Sequence record: SRR20825010_2427
Strand: one strand, 5' to 3'
Length of the DNA stretch: 44,565 bases
How positions within the stretch are numbered: position 1 is the first letter of the stretch; each line of letters starts with the position of its first letter. A program made the translations under genes and the position numbers. The notes under the pieces were generated by a model. It did not search any database and was not told where the DNA came from. It worked only from the letters and a program-made list of their open reading frames with translations. Positions 18,295 to 28,120 of this stretch are shown here, one piece after another.

Positions 18295-18840
18295 ATGTTT
18301 GAAAAGTGGATTGACATATCGTCGACTGAGATCGCCGGCATTCTGCTCACAGCGGTCTTCGCCTACGGAGCGGTTCTGGCGTACACACGTGTGACGGGAC
18401 TGAGAAGTTTCTCCAAGATGTCGGCACCTGATTTCGCGATGACCATTGCGACCGGTTCGATTCTCGGTGCGACCATCACGCAGCCATCACCCACACTGTT
18501 CATGGGAGCACTTTCGCTGCTCGCATTGTTCGTGATTCAGTGGACGATCGCGTTCTTGCGTCGCCGATCAAGCAAGTTCAGCCAATGCATCGATAACCAA
18601 CCGGTGTTATTGATGGCCGGTTCAACCATCCTTCATGAGAATCTCCGTCGGGCCAACCTGACGGAAAACGATTTAATGGGAAAACTAAGGGAGGCCAACG
18701 CGTGCAACTTCAACCAAGTCCTCGCGGTGGTCTTCGAAACGACGGGGGACATTTCCGTCCTTCACTCATCCTCGAACACACCAGTCGATCCACGGTTGCT
18801 GCAAAACGTCTACGATGCGGACCGATTGATCTCGCATTGA
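18295..18840 (+). CDS. DUF421 (YetF-like) membrane protein
   Basis: GLRSFSKMSAPDFAMTIATGS, PVLLM, LREAN, FETTGDISV. Confidence 0.9.
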   Translation: MFEKWIDISSTEIAGILLTAVFAYGAVLAYTRVTGLRSFSKMSAPDFAMTIATGSILGATITQPSPTLFMGALSLLALFVIQWTIAFLRRRSSKFSQCIDNQPVLLMAGSTILHENLRRANLTENDLMGKLREANACNFNQVLAVVFETTGDISVLHSSSNTPVDPRLLQNVYDADRLISH

Positions 18841-18920
18841 TCACAAAATGCATCATCGATTCTGGTCAGACCCTGACCAGCGTTTTCACACCAAGTTCCT
18901 GAGACCCGGAAGGTGGCAAG

Positions 18921-20072
18921 ATGTCGTCCGCATTCAACATCCTGATCTATTTGCTGTTCGGCGTGTTGGTTTTCGGCTCACTCGCACCGCTGAGTTCGCA
19001 CCCGCATTGGTTCATTCGTGGATGGGATTTTCCCCGCGTTCAAATTGTTCTCATCGCGATTGTCGCCGCGATCGCATTCGTCAGCGTCAACATGGTCAAT
19101 TCGCGAGCCCCCGCGATCAGCTGCATCTCCATCTCCATTTTGGCAACCGCGATTGCCGCATGGCATCTGTTCCGCATCGTTCCCTATACAATTCTCGCCA
19201 AAACGCAGGCGACAACATGGGACGTTGTACAAGCAGACGAAGAATCAGTTAACCAACGTCGATTTCGTTTGTTGGTGACCAATGTAGAGATGGAGAACGA
19301 TCGTTTCGAACAATGGTCGCAAGTTATCCGAGATACCGATGTCGACATGGTGATTGCGGCGGAAATCGATGATCGCTGGAAACCCATTCTCGAAGAGCTC
19401 AAACCGATCTTCCCACACCAAATCATTTACCCACAAGACAATTGGTACGGGATGGCAATGCTGTCACGTCTGCCGATTCGCGAAAGTGAAATTCGTTTTC
19501 GAATTCAGGACGACATTCCGTCAATTGATGCGATGGTGGAACTACCCAGTGGCGAAGAGATCCGCGTGATCGGGGTTCACCCACGTCCACCTGAACCCAT
19601 TCGAGACAACGACGCGACGGCGCGAGACGCTGAATTGGTGATTTGGGGGAAGGAATTGGCGGAGGATGATCGCCCCATCGTGATTGGCGGAGACCTGAAC
19701 GACGTCGCGTGGTCTCCTTCCACCCGCTTGTTTCTTCGACTCAGTCAATTGCTTGATCCACGTCGTGGTCGCGGGTTCTTCAATTCGTTTCATGCAGATC
19801 ACATTTGGATGCGTTTTCCGTTGGACCACGTCTTTCACTCGACTCATTTTGGCGTTCGCGACTTGCAACGATTGGGTCACGTCGGCTCCGACCACTTTCC
19901 GATCTTGATCGATCTCCAACTGCAACCGGTGCTCAAACAAGAGCAGGAACCCTTGGAAGAAAAGGCCAGCGACGAAGAAGAGGCCGAGGAAAAGCTGCAA
20001 CGGGCCGTTGAGTCGGAAGAGATCAACATGTCGTCAACGCCAGTATCGATGCGAACGCCCGCGATTGGCTGA
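18921..20072 (+). CDS. Endonuclease/exonuclease/phosphatase (EEP) family protein with N-terminal TM region
   Basis: TNVEMEN, YGMAMLSR, HPRPP, GDLNDV, PLDHVF, GSDHFP. Confidence 0.9.
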   Translation: MSSAFNILIYLLFGVLVFGSLAPLSSHPHWFIRGWDFPRVQIVLIAIVAAIAFVSVNMVNSRAPAISCISISILATAIAAWHLFRIVPYTILAKTQATTWDVVQADEESVNQRRFRLLVTNVEMENDRFEQWSQVIRDTDVDMVIAAEIDDRWKPILEELKPIFPHQIIYPQDNWYGMAMLSRLPIRESEIRFRIQDDIPSIDAMVELPSGEEIRVIGVHPRPPEPIRDNDATARDAELVIWGKELAEDDRPIVIGGDLNDVAWSPSTRLFLRLSQLLDPRRGRGFFNSFHADHIWMRFPLDHVFHSTHFGVRDLQRLGHVGSDHFPILIDLQLQPVLKQEQEPLEEKASDEEEAEEKLQRAVESEEINMSSTPVSMRTPAIG

Positions 20073-20075
20073 GCG

Positions 20076-20867
20076 ATGCAAGACTCGAACAAAGATCCAG
20101 TATTGTTTCGCCACAGAGCGACCGCCTACGGAGTGCACGTGCTCACCGCCTCGGGGATCATTCCAGCATCATTGGCGATGCATGAAATCATCCAGTCCGA
20201 TTGCGATCCGCGTCGCGTATTCGTTTGGTTGCTGCTGACCACGTTCATCGACGCAATTGATGGTCCGCTCGCGCGACGATTTCGAGTTAAAACGCTCGCA
20301 CATTCAATCGATGGACGAACCATCGATGACTTGCTCGACTACCTCACCTTTGCATTCATTCCATTGATGCTAGTTTGGCGAATGAATTGGCTACCCGAGG
20401 GACTTGGTTTCACCGTCGCGATTGCGATGGGTGCCAGCCTATTCGGGTTTGCTCATCAAAATGCCAAGGACGAGCAAAACGGGTTCTTCCGCGGATTTCC
20501 TTCGTACTGGAACGTGGCCGCGTTTTATGCTGGTTTGCTGCACCACTGGTGGGGTCCCTGGCCGGTCGCGGTCATGATCTGGGTGTTGGCAGGATTAACG
20601 GTCACACCCATCTGGCTGATCTACCCCAACCTTGCACCGTCGAAGCATCGAACTTGGTTGCTAGCTGGTGCGGGCATCTGGGCGTTGTTGCTCGTCGCCA
20701 TGCTACCACTGTACCCTCAACCGCCAAGCTGGCTGGTTTTGGTCTCTCTCGTCTATCCGATTCTGTACTCAGCAGCGTCCTTTGCATTGAGACGAAATCG
20801 AACGTTCGAGTTGGATGACTCAACTGAACGGCAAACTTCTTCGCGAAAGCCTTCTGCGGCATCGTGA
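20076..20867 (+). CDS. pcs: Phosphatidylcholine synthase-type CDP-alcohol phosphatidyltransferase
   Basis: VHVLTASG; DG-x2-AR-x12-G-x3-D-x3-D (the long Pcs-type spacing); FRGFPSYWN. Confidence 0.78.
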   Translation: MQDSNKDPVLFRHRATAYGVHVLTASGIIPASLAMHEIIQSDCDPRRVFVWLLLTTFIDAIDGPLARRFRVKTLAHSIDGRTIDDLLDYLTFAFIPLMLVWRMNWLPEGLGFTVAIAMGASLFGFAHQNAKDEQNGFFRGFPSYWNVAAFYAGLLHHWWGPWPVAVMIWVLAGLTVTPIWLIYPNLAPSKHRTWLLAGAGIWALLLVAMLPLYPQPPSWLVLVSLVYPILYSAASFALRRNRTFELDDSTERQTSSRKPSAAS

Positions 20868-20922
20868 CAAGGACCGCTGTTGCGACGAATATAGTGGCCC
20901 GAACTTGGACGATAGACCGGTT

Positions 20923-20938
20923 TGGCACATTGTTCGCA
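20923..20938 (+). promoter_or_regulatory. sigma54 -24/-12 promoter candidate
   Basis: TGGCACATTGTTCGCA about 39 nt upstream of ATG 20977. Confidence 0.65.
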
Positions 20939-20976
20939 ACGTCTGTCGCAAGTTATCCCCACCCCCACGAGTATTT

Positions 20977-21471
20977 ATGCCAACCACACCGCCCCACGAT
21001 CCTGAACAATCTCGCAGGTGCGTGATTGCGGACGATGTTCGCGTCATCCGAGAGCAATTGGGACAATGGATGCGAGAACTCGGCTACTCGGTCGTGCATG
21101 CATCCTGCGGTGCGACGGCCCTGGCTGAACTCCGCCGACAATCACCGGACATTGTGATCGCTGACATCGATATGCCGCATCTCAGCGGGTTGCATTTGCT
21201 GCAAACGGTGCGATCGGACGCCGACCCGAAAGTCGCGGCAATTCCCGTCATTGTCTCCAGCAGTTTGGAAGACGGCGAGATTCAGCGGATGATCGGCACG
21301 TTGGGCGGAAGCGCCTATCTGAAGAAGCCGGTCTCGAAAGAACAGCTTTGCGCGTGCGTGAATTATCTGACTCAGGGCAATACAACGATTCCTCTGGGTG
21401 AAAACACATCGGCATCGCATTCGGTGTCAGCCCGCTTTCGCCGGATCGCATCGGAGTTTCGCGAATTCTGA
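20977..21471 (+). CDS. Single-domain response regulator (CheY-like)
   Basis: IADD, IADIDMP (phospho-Asp), YLKKP. Start trimmed to ATG 20977. Confidence 0.88.
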   Translation: MPTTPPHDPEQSRRCVIADDVRVIREQLGQWMRELGYSVVHASCGATALAELRRQSPDIVIADIDMPHLSGLHLLQTVRSDADPKVAAIPVIVSSSLEDGEIQRMIGTLGGSAYLKKPVSKEQLCACVNYLTQGNTTIPLGENTSASHSVSARFRRIASEFREF

Positions 21472-21724
21472 TATGCAGTACATGCTCTACGACGCCGAAT
21501 CCACTGGCAACTGTGTTGGCGATGGTTGAAACCATGCCACGCTGACCGAATTTCAGTCAGGCATCAGAGTTCCGCAGGCAAACCCGCAGTCACCATGGCC
21601 GCGTGCTGGAACGGCATAGTTTCTATATTTGATATCATCAGCTCGTCGCTTCCCTCGCAAGTAGCCTGATTCGTGGAAGCAGCCTGGTTAGATTGACAGC
21701 GCAGCCCGCACTCTTACACTAAAA

Positions 21725-21740
21725 CGGCACTCCGTTTGCT
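21725..21740 (+). promoter_or_regulatory. sigma54 -24/-12 promoter candidate
   Basis: CGGCACTCCGTTTGCT upstream of the hybrid kinase. Confidence 0.75.
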
Positions 21741-21913
21741 AGGGTGCCTTGTCGTTCGGACCGGTCGTTTTGCTGTCCTTAGCGACCAGGTGGTGACGAC
21801 CCTGCGATTCACTCGTTGTTGATACCAGATTCATTGGCTTCTCGCCCGGTGCACAACTCGCCATGAGTGAAGGGTGCCTGTAGACGGCAACCAGTCCTTC
21901 CACACCATCATCT

Positions 21914-24900
21914 ATGGCTGACACCAAAGCTTCCCAGAATATTTCGTTCGGCTCAGAAACCGAGGACGAAGATGATTCTTCGACCTCGAGCGGAACGCAC
22001 CAGCACGTCGTCGGCATTGGGGCATCGGCCGGCGGACTCGAAGCACTCGAACAACTCTTCGGCAAAATGCCGGTCGCCACGGGGATGTCCTTCGTCGTCG
22101 TTCAGCACCTGTCGCCCGACTTCAAAAGCCACATGGATGATTTGCTCCGGCGAGTCACAGATATCCCGGTCGAAGTCGTCGACAATGGAGTCGAGGTTCA
22201 GCCCGACACGATCTACTTGATCCCCGCCAAAAAGGAAATGGTCATCAGCAACGGCAAGTTGTTGCTGACCGACCGAGGAAGCGAAAAGATCCTTACGCAT
22301 CCCATCGATCAATTTCTGCGATCGCTGGCGCAAGATCTCCGTGAACGAGCCATCGGGATCGTTCTATCTGGGACCGGCAGCGATGGCTCCCGCGGCGTCG
22401 TCGAGATCAGCAACAACGGCGGATTGGTTGTGATCCAGGATCCGATGACATGCAAGTTCGATTCGATGCCAATGAATGCCCGAAACACCGGGCACGTCGA
22501 TATGGAACTGGCTCCCGACAAAATGGGAGAGGCTCTGCAACAATATCTCTTCGATGGGCAGCGAACCAAAGCGGATCAGCCTATCAACATGGGCGAAATT
22601 CAGCGTTCGGGATTGGAACGCGTTTTTCAACTGCTCAAGAAGAATCATGGAATCAACTTCCACCACTACAAATCTGGCACGGTTCATCGTCGCATTCAGC
22701 GACGGATGGACTTGTTGCATCTTGACACGCTCACTGAGTATGTCGCTCACATCAACGAACATGCCGACGAAGTCAACGAGCTTTATCGTGACCTATTGAT
22801 CGGCGTTACCAAGTTCTTTCGTGATCGTGAGGCATTCAGTGTTCTCGAACAACGCGTCATCCCTGAGCTGATCGAAAAAGCAAAAGATACGATTCGCATC
22901 TGGGTCTGCGGTTGTGCAACCGGCGAGGAAGCCTACACGATTGCCATGTTGATGCGTGAAGGCATCGAGCAATCCGAACGGCACGTTGACTTCAAGATGT
23001 TCGCCACCGACCCGCACCGCGGCTCGTTGCAAATCGCAGCAACAGGAAGTTATTCCGACGCCCAAATGAGCGAAGTATCGCTGGAACGCCGCGCACGCTT
23101 TTTCACAAAGCGTGAATCGGGCTACGTCGTCAAGGATGAGCTACGTCGATGTGTCGTCTTTGCAGCTCAAAACGTCATCAACGATCCACCGTTCACGCAA
23201 ATGGATCTGGTGTCTTGCAGGAACATGTTGATCTACCTGCAATCGCCGGCTCAACGCAAAACACTTTCGCTGTTTCACTTTTCGCTCAAAGCCAACGGAA
23301 TCTTGTTTCTGGGCCCGAGCGAAAGCGTGGGTGATATCGGCGACGAGTTTGATGCAATCAACACGCAGTGGAAGATTTTTCGCAAACGACGCGACGTTCG
23401 CTTGCCGATCGAGTTGCGAATGCCTTTGGCTAATCAATCGGTTTCACCGGTAATGCCGCAGACACCTTCCATCGTCGAACCGCCACCGCAGCGGCGGAAT
23501 GAAAACCTGCTGGAGATCTACAACGTCTTGCTGGCGGACAAGATGCCACCAAGCTTGGTGATCGATACGGACTACCGGATCATCCATGTCTTTCCGGGTG
23601 CCAATCGATATCTGACCGTTCCCAGCGGCACACCGTCAGACAATATCCTTCACATGGTCCCGAAGGAATTGCGTGCATCGATCGGTGCCGCGGTCACGCA
23701 AGCGATCAAGCAACAGAGCGCCGTCCACTACCAAGGCATCCCTTCGCCGGTCGACGGCCCCGACCACATTCTGGAATTGATCGTCGAGCCATATCACGTC
23801 CCAAAGCTCGCGTCCTCGTGCGTGCTGATTCAATTCAAAGCATCTGAAATGCGCACCGCATTGGGTGATGCATTGACCACAAGCAATGAGTCCACTGAAT
23901 CCGAAGGCACCTTGTTGGACTTTTCGACCGCGGCACATTCGCGAATCGAAGATTTGGAACAGGAACTCAGTTTCAATCGGCAAAACCTGCAAGCCACGAT
24001 TGAAGAGCTAGAGACTTCCAACGAAGAATTGCAAGCGACCAACGAAGAAATGGTCGCCAGTAATGAAGAGCTTCAAAGCACCAACGAAGAACTGCAGAGC
24101 GTCAACGAAGAGTTGTACTCGGTCAACGCGGAGCTTCAAGTTCGTGTGAACGAAGTGAATGAAGCAAACGCCGACATGGTCAACTTGTTGGCAACGACTC
24201 GTGTTGGCGTCGTGTTCTTGGACGACGACCTCCGTGTTCGAAGGGTCACGCCTGAAATCTCTCGTTTGCTTTCGATCGAACCAAACGACCTGGGACGCTC
24301 CTTTGAATCCTTCATTCACCCTATCCAAGACGACCAGTTTCTTGAACGCGTACGGCAAGCTCGCGATGAGCGAGTTGAATTGGAATGGGAAGTCAGCTGT
24401 CGCGATTCTTCCTACTTGGTCCGCGCCCTTCCGTATCTGCGAAACTCTGAGATCAACGGCGTCGTCATAGCGTTTGTGGACGTTGACATTTTACGCCGTG
24501 CCGAACGAGACGTATTGAAGTTCAAGTTCATGGCGGACCAGAACATCGACGCATTGGTTTTGCTCGATCAAAAAGGAAAGATCAGCTACGCCAATCGCAA
24601 GATGTGCGATCAACTGGGTTACTCAAACGAAGAAATCCTTGGACAACTACTTTCCCGTTTCAAATCAGAAACCGACCCCAAATCGTTCGACGATCGGCTC
24701 GAGAAAGCTCATGCGAAAAGTGGCAATCTTTTTGAGTCTTGGCTTCAACAACGCGACGGAACAGAGTTCCCCGTCGAGGTTGCGTTAACGCCAGTCTTCT
24801 TACAGGGCAAACAGCTTTTATTTGCATCGATCCGCGATATTTCTCTTCGCAAGACCCATGAATCGCAGATGCGATTGCTCAGCGAAGCGGTTCAGTCGGC

Positions 24901-26827
24901 TGCCAACGGAATCGTCATCACGGATTGCTCCTTGGAAGATCACCCGATCTCGTTTGTGAACAAAGGCTTCACTGACATGACTGGGTTCTCCGAGCAAGAG
25001 ATCATCGGTCGCAATTGTCGATTCTTGCAAGGAGAACACACCGACAAAGAAACCGTTCTGAGAATCCGACGGGCTCTTGGCCGTGGTGAATCGGTTCGCG
25101 AACTGATCAAGAACTATCGCAAAAATGGCGAGCCATTCTGGAACGATCTCTACATCACCCCGGTTCACGATGAAAACGGCATCCTGACTCATTTTGTCGG
25201 TGTTCAAAACGATGTGACCGAACGCATCGAAGCGGCTCGTCAAACGGAAACCAACGAGCGGACCATTCGATTGTTGCTGGATTCGACCGCCGAAGGGTTG
25301 TTTGGTTTAGACGTTGACGGCAAATGCACTTTCAGCAACGAAAAAGCAGCCCGACTGCTGGGCTACGAACACGGCAGCCAGATTGTTGGCAAGGAACTCG
25401 CGGAACTCGCGCAACCCTGCGATCCCAATGGAAATCCGTTTGAGAAAGATTCTTTGCAAATTCTCGGTGCGGTTCGTGCTGGCGAAGCGATCAACCGGTA
25501 CGACGAACGTTTTTGTCGCAAAGATGGCGAAAGCTTCCCTGTTGAATATTGGTGTCATCCAATCCAAGAGGATGGGAAGATTGTCGGAGCCGTGGTGACC
25601 TTCGTCGATATCGAAACCCGACTGCAGGTCGAGAACGAATTGCGAGAAGCAAAGCTGGCAGCCGATGCTGCTAACGAAGCGAAGAGTCACTTCCTTGCCA
25701 ACATGAGTCACGAGCTGCGGACGCCTCTATCGGCCATCCTTGGTTTCACCAAAATCCTTCAGGAAGATCCCGACGAAGGCACCATCCAAGAATACTTGTC
25801 AACGATCCAGCGAAACGGAGATTACCTGCTCCGTCTGCTCGGCGACGTCCTCGACCTGTCACGGATCGAAGCGAACAAATTCACCACCGCGACCAGCAGC
25901 GTCTCATTGGGTGAACTCCTGGCCGACATTTTCGAAACAATGAAAATGCGAACCCAGGACTACCAAAACACACTGCACTTTGACGTCAGCAAACCACTTC
26001 CAAGGACAATCACAACCGACTCCGCGCGGCTACGTCAAATCATGATCAACTTGATTGCCAACGCGATTAAGTTCACTCCGAAGGGCCGAGTCGAAGTGGT
26101 GGTGCGATCCGAAAAGATCGACGACGACTCTTTCTTGTTGTTGAAAGTCATCGATGACGGAATCGGGATTGCGGACGAGAAATTGCGAACGCTGTTTGAG
26201 CCGTTCGTCCAAGCGGACGCGACCATCTCAAATCGCTTTGGCGGCACCGGACTGGGACTCAGCATCACCAAACGCCTCACCAATGCGTTGGGTGGGACGA
26301 TCCAAGTCAGCAGTACCGAAGGCGAAGGAAGCGAGTTCACTATCCGATTGCCAGTCGATCCGATTGGCACCATGGACCAGCTGACGATCGAATTGACGGA
26401 TGAAAAGGACAACGACAATTCCAAGTCATCACTCGACCAAGACATCCAGCTCAACGCACGAGTTTTGATTGCGGATGACATGCGAGACGTTCGCTTCGTG
26501 GCCCAACACTTTTTGAAGAAAGCGGGCTGCGAAGTGGAAGTTGCTGAAAACGGAAGGCAGGCCGTCGACATGGTCGTGGCGGCGAGCAGAGATGGTAAGC
26601 CGTTCGAACTTTGCCTGATGGACATGCAGATGCCCGAACTGGATGGACTTGGGGCCGTGCGAGAACTTCGCCAACGAGGGATCGAGTTGCCGGTGATCGC
26701 GTTGACGGCTGATGCGATGAAGGGCACCCGTCGCCGTCTCATCAGTGAAGGCTTTGACGAGTACTTGAGCAAACCATTGAAGGTCAACTGTTTGCTACGC
26801 ATCGCGAAAGGTTTGCTAGACGCCTGA
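21914..26827 (+). CDS. CheB-CheR-coiled coil-PAS-LOV-PAS hybrid histidine kinase/receiver
   Basis: CheB GASAGG/VQHL/GSDG; CheR GCATGEE/SCRNMLIY; NEEL heptads; LOV GRNCRFLQG; H-box SHELRTP; N/G boxes; REC LMDMQMP. Confidence 0.95.
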   Translation: MADTKASQNISFGSETEDEDDSSTSSGTHQHVVGIGASAGGLEALEQLFGKMPVATGMSFVVVQHLSPDFKSHMDDLLRRVTDIPVEVVDNGVEVQPDTIYLIPAKKEMVISNGKLLLTDRGSEKILTHPIDQFLRSLAQDLRERAIGIVLSGTGSDGSRGVVEISNNGGLVVIQDPMTCKFDSMPMNARNTGHVDMELAPDKMGEALQQYLFDGQRTKADQPINMGEIQRSGLERVFQLLKKNHGINFHHYKSGTVHRRIQRRMDLLHLDTLTEYVAHINEHADEVNELYRDLLIGVTKFFRDREAFSVLEQRVIPELIEKAKDTIRIWVCGCATGEEAYTIAMLMREGIEQSERHVDFKMFATDPHRGSLQIAATGSYSDAQMSEVSLERRARFFTKRESGYVVKDELRRCVVFAAQNVINDPPFTQMDLVSCRNMLIYLQSPAQRKTLSLFHFSLKANGILFLGPSESVGDIGDEFDAINTQWKIFRKRRDVRLPIELRMPLANQSVSPVMPQTPSIVEPPPQRRNENLLEIYNVLLADKMPPSLVIDTDYRIIHVFPGANRYLTVPSGTPSDNILHMVPKELRASIGAAVTQAIKQQSAVHYQGIPSPVDGPDHILELIVEPYHVPKLASSCVLIQFKASEMRTALGDALTTSNESTESEGTLLDFSTAAHSRIEDLEQELSFNRQNLQATIEELETSNEELQATNEEMVASNEELQSTNEELQSVNEELYSVNAELQVRVNEVNEANADMVNLLATTRVGVVFLDDDLRVRRVTPEISRLLSIEPNDLGRSFESFIHPIQDDQFLERVRQARDERVELEWEVSCRDSSYLVRALPYLRNSEINGVVIAFVDVDILRRAERDVLKFKFMADQNIDALVLLDQKGKISYANRKMCDQLGYSNEEILGQLLSRFKSETDPKSFDDRLEKAHAKSGNLFESWLQQRDGTEFPVEVALTPVFLQGKQLLFASIRDISLRKTHESQMRLLSEAVQSAANGIVITDCSLEDHPISFVNKGFTDMTGFSEQEIIGRNCRFLQGEHTDKETVLRIRRALGRGESVRELIKNYRKNGEPFWNDLYITPVHDENGILTHFVGVQNDVTERIEAARQTETNERTIRLLLDSTAEGLFGLDVDGKCTFSNEKAARLLGYEHGSQIVGKELAELAQPCDPNGNPFEKDSLQILGAVRAGEAINRYDERFCRKDGESFPVEYWCHPIQEDGKIVGAVVTFVDIETRLQVENELREAKLAADAANEAKSHFLANMSHELRTPLSAILGFTKILQEDPDEGTIQEYLSTIQRNGDYLLRLLGDVLDLSRIEANKFTTATSSVSLGELLADIFETMKMRTQDYQNTLHFDVSKPLPRTITTDSARLRQIMINLIANAIKFTPKGRVEVVVRSEKIDDDSFLLLKVIDDGIGIADEKLRTLFEPFVQADATISNRFGGTGLGLSITKRLTNALGGTIQVSSTEGEGSEFTIRLPVDPIGTMDQLTIELTDEKDNDNSKSSLDQDIQLNARVLIADDMRDVRFVAQHFLKKAGCEVEVAENGRQAVDMVVAASRDGKPFELCLMDMQMPELDGLGAVRELRQRGIELPVIALTADAMKGTRRRLISEGFDEYLSKPLKVNCLLRIAKGLLDA
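24002..24136 (+). repeat. Degenerate 21-nt coding repeats (NEELQST heptads)
   Basis: EELETSNEELQATNEEMVASNEELQSTNEELQSVNEELYSVNAEL within the kinase. Confidence 0.8.
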
Positions 26828-26830
26828 TAA

Positions 26831-26846
26831 CGGCCTCGAATTTGCT
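26831..26846 (+). promoter_or_regulatory. sigma54 -24/-12 promoter candidate
   Basis: CGGCCTCGAATTTGCT squeezed into the gap before the App1 gene. Confidence 0.6.
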
Positions 26847-26889
26847 TTGAATGGAAGCTTTCAGTGTTTCCATTAACCACAGAGCATTC

Positions 26890-28074
26890 ATGTCTGAACC
26901 GAAACCGGAATCTTTCCAAACGGACTTGCGTAGTTGGCTGACTCGAACCGCATCTTCCGCCGATGATGTGGCCGACATGGCGATCCGTCGCATTCGCAAG
27001 CGTTGGGGACGCGCCGGCGTACCCCAGATACAAACCTACACCGGATTCGCGACGGCAGACACGATTCATCTACGAGGACGGATTCTCAACAACCCACCGC
27101 TGGATCCAGATTTCCACAACGATCGATGGTGGCAGAACCTGGCGCACACGTGGCGTCGGTTCGCCAGCGACGAGGTCCCCGGCGTCACGATCGAAGGATC
27201 CTTCGCGGGCGTGACAGGACGAACCGTCAGCGACAGCGAAGGGTACTTCGAACTCGACATCCCACGCACAGCCGACAACAGCGAATTTGCATTTTGGATG
27301 CCTGCACAACTCGCAATTGTGGACGACGATCGAATTTCACCGTTGGAATCGTTCGCTGTTTGCGACGTCATGCACGTTTCATCCGATGCGAAGTATGCCG
27401 TCGTCAGTGATGTCGACGACACGATCCTTCGAACGGGCGCGACCGACATCGGCACGATGGCAAAGCTAACTTTCTTCGGCAACGCGAGAACTCGAGCCCC
27501 GCTCGAAGGAGTCGCATCGCTGTACGAATGGATGCAACACAACGGCCAACGTTTTGGATCTCCCGTCAATCCAATCTTCTACGTTTCGTCTTCGCCGTGG
27601 AATCTCTACGACTTGCTCGAGGATTTCTTAGAACTCAACGCAATCCCCAAAGGCCCGTTGTTCTTGCGCGACCTTGGAATTGACGACGACAAATTCATCA
27701 AGCAAGGACATGATCGCAAGCTTGAACAAACTCGATACTTGATGAACGCGTTTCCCCATTTGCCGTTCGTATTAGTTGGCGACTCGGGGCAAGAAGACGC
27801 TCGTCTTTATGCAACTGCGGCAGAGGAATTCGGTCAGCGTATTCCCGCGATCTTCATTCGAGACATTGATCCAGAGACGATGAGCAACCACGACGAGAAA
27901 GTCGATCGTTACACCAAACAAAGCGCCGCGGCCGGTGTCCCAATGCATTTGGTCAAGGACAGTATCGAAGTCAGCGCGATCGCCGAAGAGCTTGGGCTGC
28001 TATCGAAAGACATTCTGCCGGCGATCGAAGAAGCAACCCGCCGCGATCACGATCGCAAAAGCGGGCTGCTCTAG
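26890..28074 (+). CDS. App1 family (DUF2183) phosphatidate phosphatase-like protein
   Basis: VVSDVDDT (DxDxT), FYVSSSPWNLY, GPLFLRD, LVGDSGQED, IFIR. Confidence 0.88.
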   Translation: MSEPKPESFQTDLRSWLTRTASSADDVADMAIRRIRKRWGRAGVPQIQTYTGFATADTIHLRGRILNNPPLDPDFHNDRWWQNLAHTWRRFASDEVPGVTIEGSFAGVTGRTVSDSEGYFELDIPRTADNSEFAFWMPAQLAIVDDDRISPLESFAVCDVMHVSSDAKYAVVSDVDDTILRTGATDIGTMAKLTFFGNARTRAPLEGVASLYEWMQHNGQRFGSPVNPIFYVSSSPWNLYDLLEDFLELNAIPKGPLFLRDLGIDDDKFIKQGHDRKLEQTRYLMNAFPHLPFVLVGDSGQEDARLYATAAEEFGQRIPAIFIRDIDPETMSNHDEKVDRYTKQSAAAGVPMHLVKDSIEVSAIAEELGLLSKDILPAIEEATRRDHDRKSGLL

Positions 28075-28120
28075 GAAAGCGAGTGCACAGGATCAATCAC
28101 ACGCAACCACGTGGGCGATG

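Noticed and set aside
21914-23400. Chemotaxis operon
   Set aside because: CheB/CheR are domains of a fused kinase; no cheA, cheW or MCP genes are in the window.
24002-24136. 21-nt periodic repeats as a CRISPR array or VNTR
   Set aside because: Degenerate at third codon positions, no spacers; they encode the coiled-coil heptads of the kinase.
26035-27069. 344-aa minus-strand ORF and many other overlapping track ORFs
   Set aside because: Antisense shadows of well-supported genes, with no recognisable motifs.
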